64,000 bases of DNA, from positions 1 through 64,000 of the forward strand of contig JBECUI020000045.1 in assembly GCA_040954595.2 (NCBI GenBank), in the 5' to 3' direction. Position 1 is the first letter of the stretch. Every line of letters begins with the position of its first letter. Below the pieces are notes generated by a model. The model did not search any database and was not told where the DNA came from. It saw only the letters and a program-made list of their open reading frames with translations. A program made the translations under genes and the position numbers. Source of the DNA: Balanoglossus misakiensis. Its lineage: Eukaryota > Animalia > Hemichordata. Positions 60,701 to 64,000 of this stretch are shown piece by piece.

Positions 60701-63700
60701 GCGCTGATGATGGTAGCACCTGGACCGATATCAGCAGTTCAGTGACGGACACAAGCATCAGCCATACGGATGATGCACTGACAGCTACAACAACGATACA
60801 GATGCGCGTTATTGACACCATAGGCAATAGCAGTCTTGTGGCAAGCCAGCCCATCATCATAGATACCACTGCCCCGACAGCAATCTTATCAGGCGACATC
60901 TTGCCTACCGACAGCCTCACCCTGCAGTTTAATGAGGCGGTCACCTTAGGCACAGGCGATATCACACTTTATAACCAAGCAGACGGTAGTACGGCAGCCG
61001 CGATCCCCATCAATGATGCCACGCAGGTAAGCTTAAGTGATGATGGCAGGACGCTGACCATTAACCCGACTGATGATCTTACAATAGGCGGCAGCTATTA
61101 TGTGCAAATACCGTCAACCGCTATCACTGATCTAGCAGGCAATGCCTATGGCATTACAGATGCCACCACTTGGGCATTTACCGTCACTGGTCTTTCTACT
61201 ACTGTGTTATGGCAGGATGGTGCTAATAATGACCCCAGTACAGACGGTTATATTAATGCCGAAGAGCTAAACACCGTAACACTGCAAGGCGTATTGACAA
61301 ATACCGGCAATGCCACCGGCATTAGCATCACAGCCATCACCTTTAAGGCATTAAGCGGCAGTGCAAACGACATCAGCTATAGCGGTGCTATGCCTGCCTT
61401 GTCCGATGCCAGCGGTAGCACTTGGACCCTAGATAATGCCGCGATAAATGCCTTAAATCTAGTAGAGGGCGAATCCTATCGTGTTGAGGTAACGCTATCA
61501 GGCACAGATGCGGGCAGCAACACCATCACAGGTGGCAGCAGCTATAACAATCCCATTATCATAGACAGTACCCTACCTGCTGCGACAATCAATATAACTG
61601 GTATCAATGATGATAGCGGCACCGCAGACTTTATCACCAGCGACAATGATGGCTTGACGATAACAGCCACCTTAAGTGTGCCATTAGCAGCAGGTGAGCG
61701 CTTAGAATACAGCACTGATGGCACGACTTGGACGGATATCAGCGGGTCTGTGACAGGCACGAGTATCAGCCATACGGATACCGCCTTGGTAGGTGAGGGT
61801 GAGACCACGATACAGATGCGCTTGACCGATGCCGCAGGCAATAGCACACCTGCGACAAGCCAGCTTATCACCATAGATACCACAGCACCGACCACAACAG
61901 TCAGTATCATCAGTATTAGTGATGATAGCGGTATTGTAGGCGACTTTATCACCAATGATAATAACGGCTTAACGATAATAGCGGATTTAAATGCAGCACT
62001 GGCAGCAGATGAGCGTTTGGAGTACAGCACTGATGGCACGACCTGGACCGATATCAGCAGTTCAGTGACAGGTACGAGAATCAGCCATGCGGATGCCGCC
62101 TTGACCCATGAGGGTGAGACCACGATACAGATGCGCGTTGCCGACACCGCAGGCAATAGCGCGCCTGCGACAAGCTGGACCATCACCATAGATACCACAG
62201 TACCGACCACAACAGTCAGCAGTATAGACAGTATCAATAATGATAGCGGTGTTACAGGTGACTTTATCACCAATGATAATAACGGCTTGACGATCACAGC
62301 CACCTTAAGTGCGGCATTGGTAGCAGGTGAGCGTTTGGAATACAGCACCAACGGCACGACTTGGAGCGATATCAGCAGTTCAGTGACAGGCACGAGTATC
62401 AGCCATGCGGATGCCGCCTTGACCCATGAGGGCGATACCACGATACAGATGCGCGTTGCCGACACCGCAGGCAATAGCAGTCTTGTGACAAGCCAGCTTA
62501 TCACCATAGACAGCAGCGCACCTGCCACAATAGTCAGCAGTATAGACAGTATCAATAATGATAGCGGTGATGTCGCAGACGACTTTATCACCAATGACAA
62601 TGATGGCTTGACGATTAACGCCACCTTAAGTGCGGCATTGGCAGCAGGTGAGCGCTTAGAATACAGCACTGATGGGGGCGGCACGTGGACCGATATCAGT
62701 AGTTCAGTGACAGGCACGAGTATCCGCCATACGGATACCGCCTTGGTAGGCGAGGGTGAGACCACGATACAGATGCGCGTTACCGACACCGCAGGCAATA
62801 GCAGTCTTGCAACAAGCAAGCTTATCACCATAGATACCACGGCCCCGCTAGCAACCCTATCGGGCAGCATCCGACCGACCGGCGACCTCACTATACGGTT
62901 TGATGAGGCGGTCAGCTTAGGTGCGGGTGATATCACGCTTTATCATCAAGACGGTAGTACGGTAGCGACTATCTCCATCAATGATGCCACACAGGTGGGC
63001 TTAAGTGATGGCGGCAAGACGCTGACCATCAACCCGACTGCCGATCTTGTATTAGACAATCGCTATTATGTGCAAATACCGTCAGGCGCCATCATGGATG
63101 CGGCGGGTAATGCCTACACCATCACGGACGACAGCACTTGGGCGTTTAGTGTCATCGGCTTTTCTACTACGGTTATATGGCAGGATGGTGCTAATAATGA
63201 CTTAGGTGCAGATGGCTATATCAGTGCCGAAGAGCTAAACACCGTTACCTTGCAAGGCGCATTGACAAATACCAGCAATATCACCGGTATTAGCATCACA
63301 GCCATCACCTTTAGGGCATTAAGCGACAGTGCAAACGACATCAGCTATAGCGGTGCTATGCCTGCCTTGTCCGATGCCAGCGGTAGCACTTGGGTCTTAG
63401 ATAATGCCGCGATAAATGCCTTAAATCTAGTAGAGGGCGAATCCTATCGGGTTGAGGTAACGCTATCAGGCACAGATGCGGGCAGCAACACCGTCACAGG
63501 TAGTAGTCATAGCGATCTTGTCGTCATAGACAGCAGTGCACCGACCACAACAATCAGTATCACCGGTATCAGCGATGATAACGGCACTGCCACAGATGAC
63601 TTTGTCACCAATGACAATGACGGCTTGACGATAACAGCCACCTTAAGTGCGCCATTAGCAGCAGGTGAGCGTCTGGAGTACAGCACTGATGGCAACACTT

Positions 63701-64000
63701 GGACGGATATCAGCGGGTCTGTTGCGGGCATGAGCATCAGCCATACAGATACCACCTTGGTAGGCGAGGGTGAGACCACGATACAGATGCGCTTGACCGA
63801 TGCCGCAGGCAATAGCACGCCTGCGACAAACCAGCTTGTCACCATAGACAACAGTGTACCTGACGCCCCTACCTTGTCCTTGACAACCGACACAGGCACA
63901 GACGGCGATAAGGTCACTATGGATGGCACGATAGCAGTTGCCGGATTAGAGCCGGGCGGAACATGGGAGTATTCGGTCAATACGGGCAATACTTGGCAAA
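57728..64000 (+). CDS. Giant adhesin-like protein D, close paralog of C; 3'-truncated by the window edge, with one apparent indel near 58899
   Basis: ORF 57728-58912 has the shared N-terminus. AAGTGCACGCAGG lacks the T present in A and C (AAGTGCTACGCAGG). The downstream DNA is colinear with C 45800-50900 at an offset of about 13.1 kb up to the window end. Confidence 0.85.

Noticed and set aside
281-63989. Numerous minus-strand ORFs, including the 460-480 aa ORFs at 46431-47867, 48447-49832, 59529-60965 and 61542-62936 and the recurring Cys-rich MCCCCIAGCV ORFs
   Set aside because: They are antisense shadows of the biased, repetitive + strand coding sequence. They recur with the repeat period and show no independent protein motifs.

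Overview
About 60 of the 64 kb encode giant, acidic, Thr/Ala/Asp-rich repetitive surface proteins, all on the + strand. The window opens inside one Ig/cadherin-like giant protein (<1-7181). An intrinsic terminator and a compact fabA-fabB-degQ/degP-like block follow (7335-10466), which suggests a proteobacterium, probably gamma. Next is a head-to-tail array of four paralogous giant adhesin-like genes: A 10869-25284, B 25321-44366, C 44629-57463 and D 57728->64000. All four share a nearly invariant ~390-aa N-terminus, and the three complete ones share a type I secretion (T1SS)-like C-terminal tail. Their stalks differ: SwmB-like/Ig 218-aa repeats in A and B, SbsA/BIg modules in C and D. Their tips also differ: a Trp-rich insert in A and B, two 7-repeat LVIVD propellers in C. 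Both tip types appear to be inserted into Ig-like host domains, and in gene C an empty copy of the host lies between two filled copies. The paralogs are sequence mosaics of each other. The many frameshifts are single-base indels concentrated in the repeats and are probably sequencing or assembly errors. Domain family names come from motif recognition, not searches, and internal domain boundaries are approximate.
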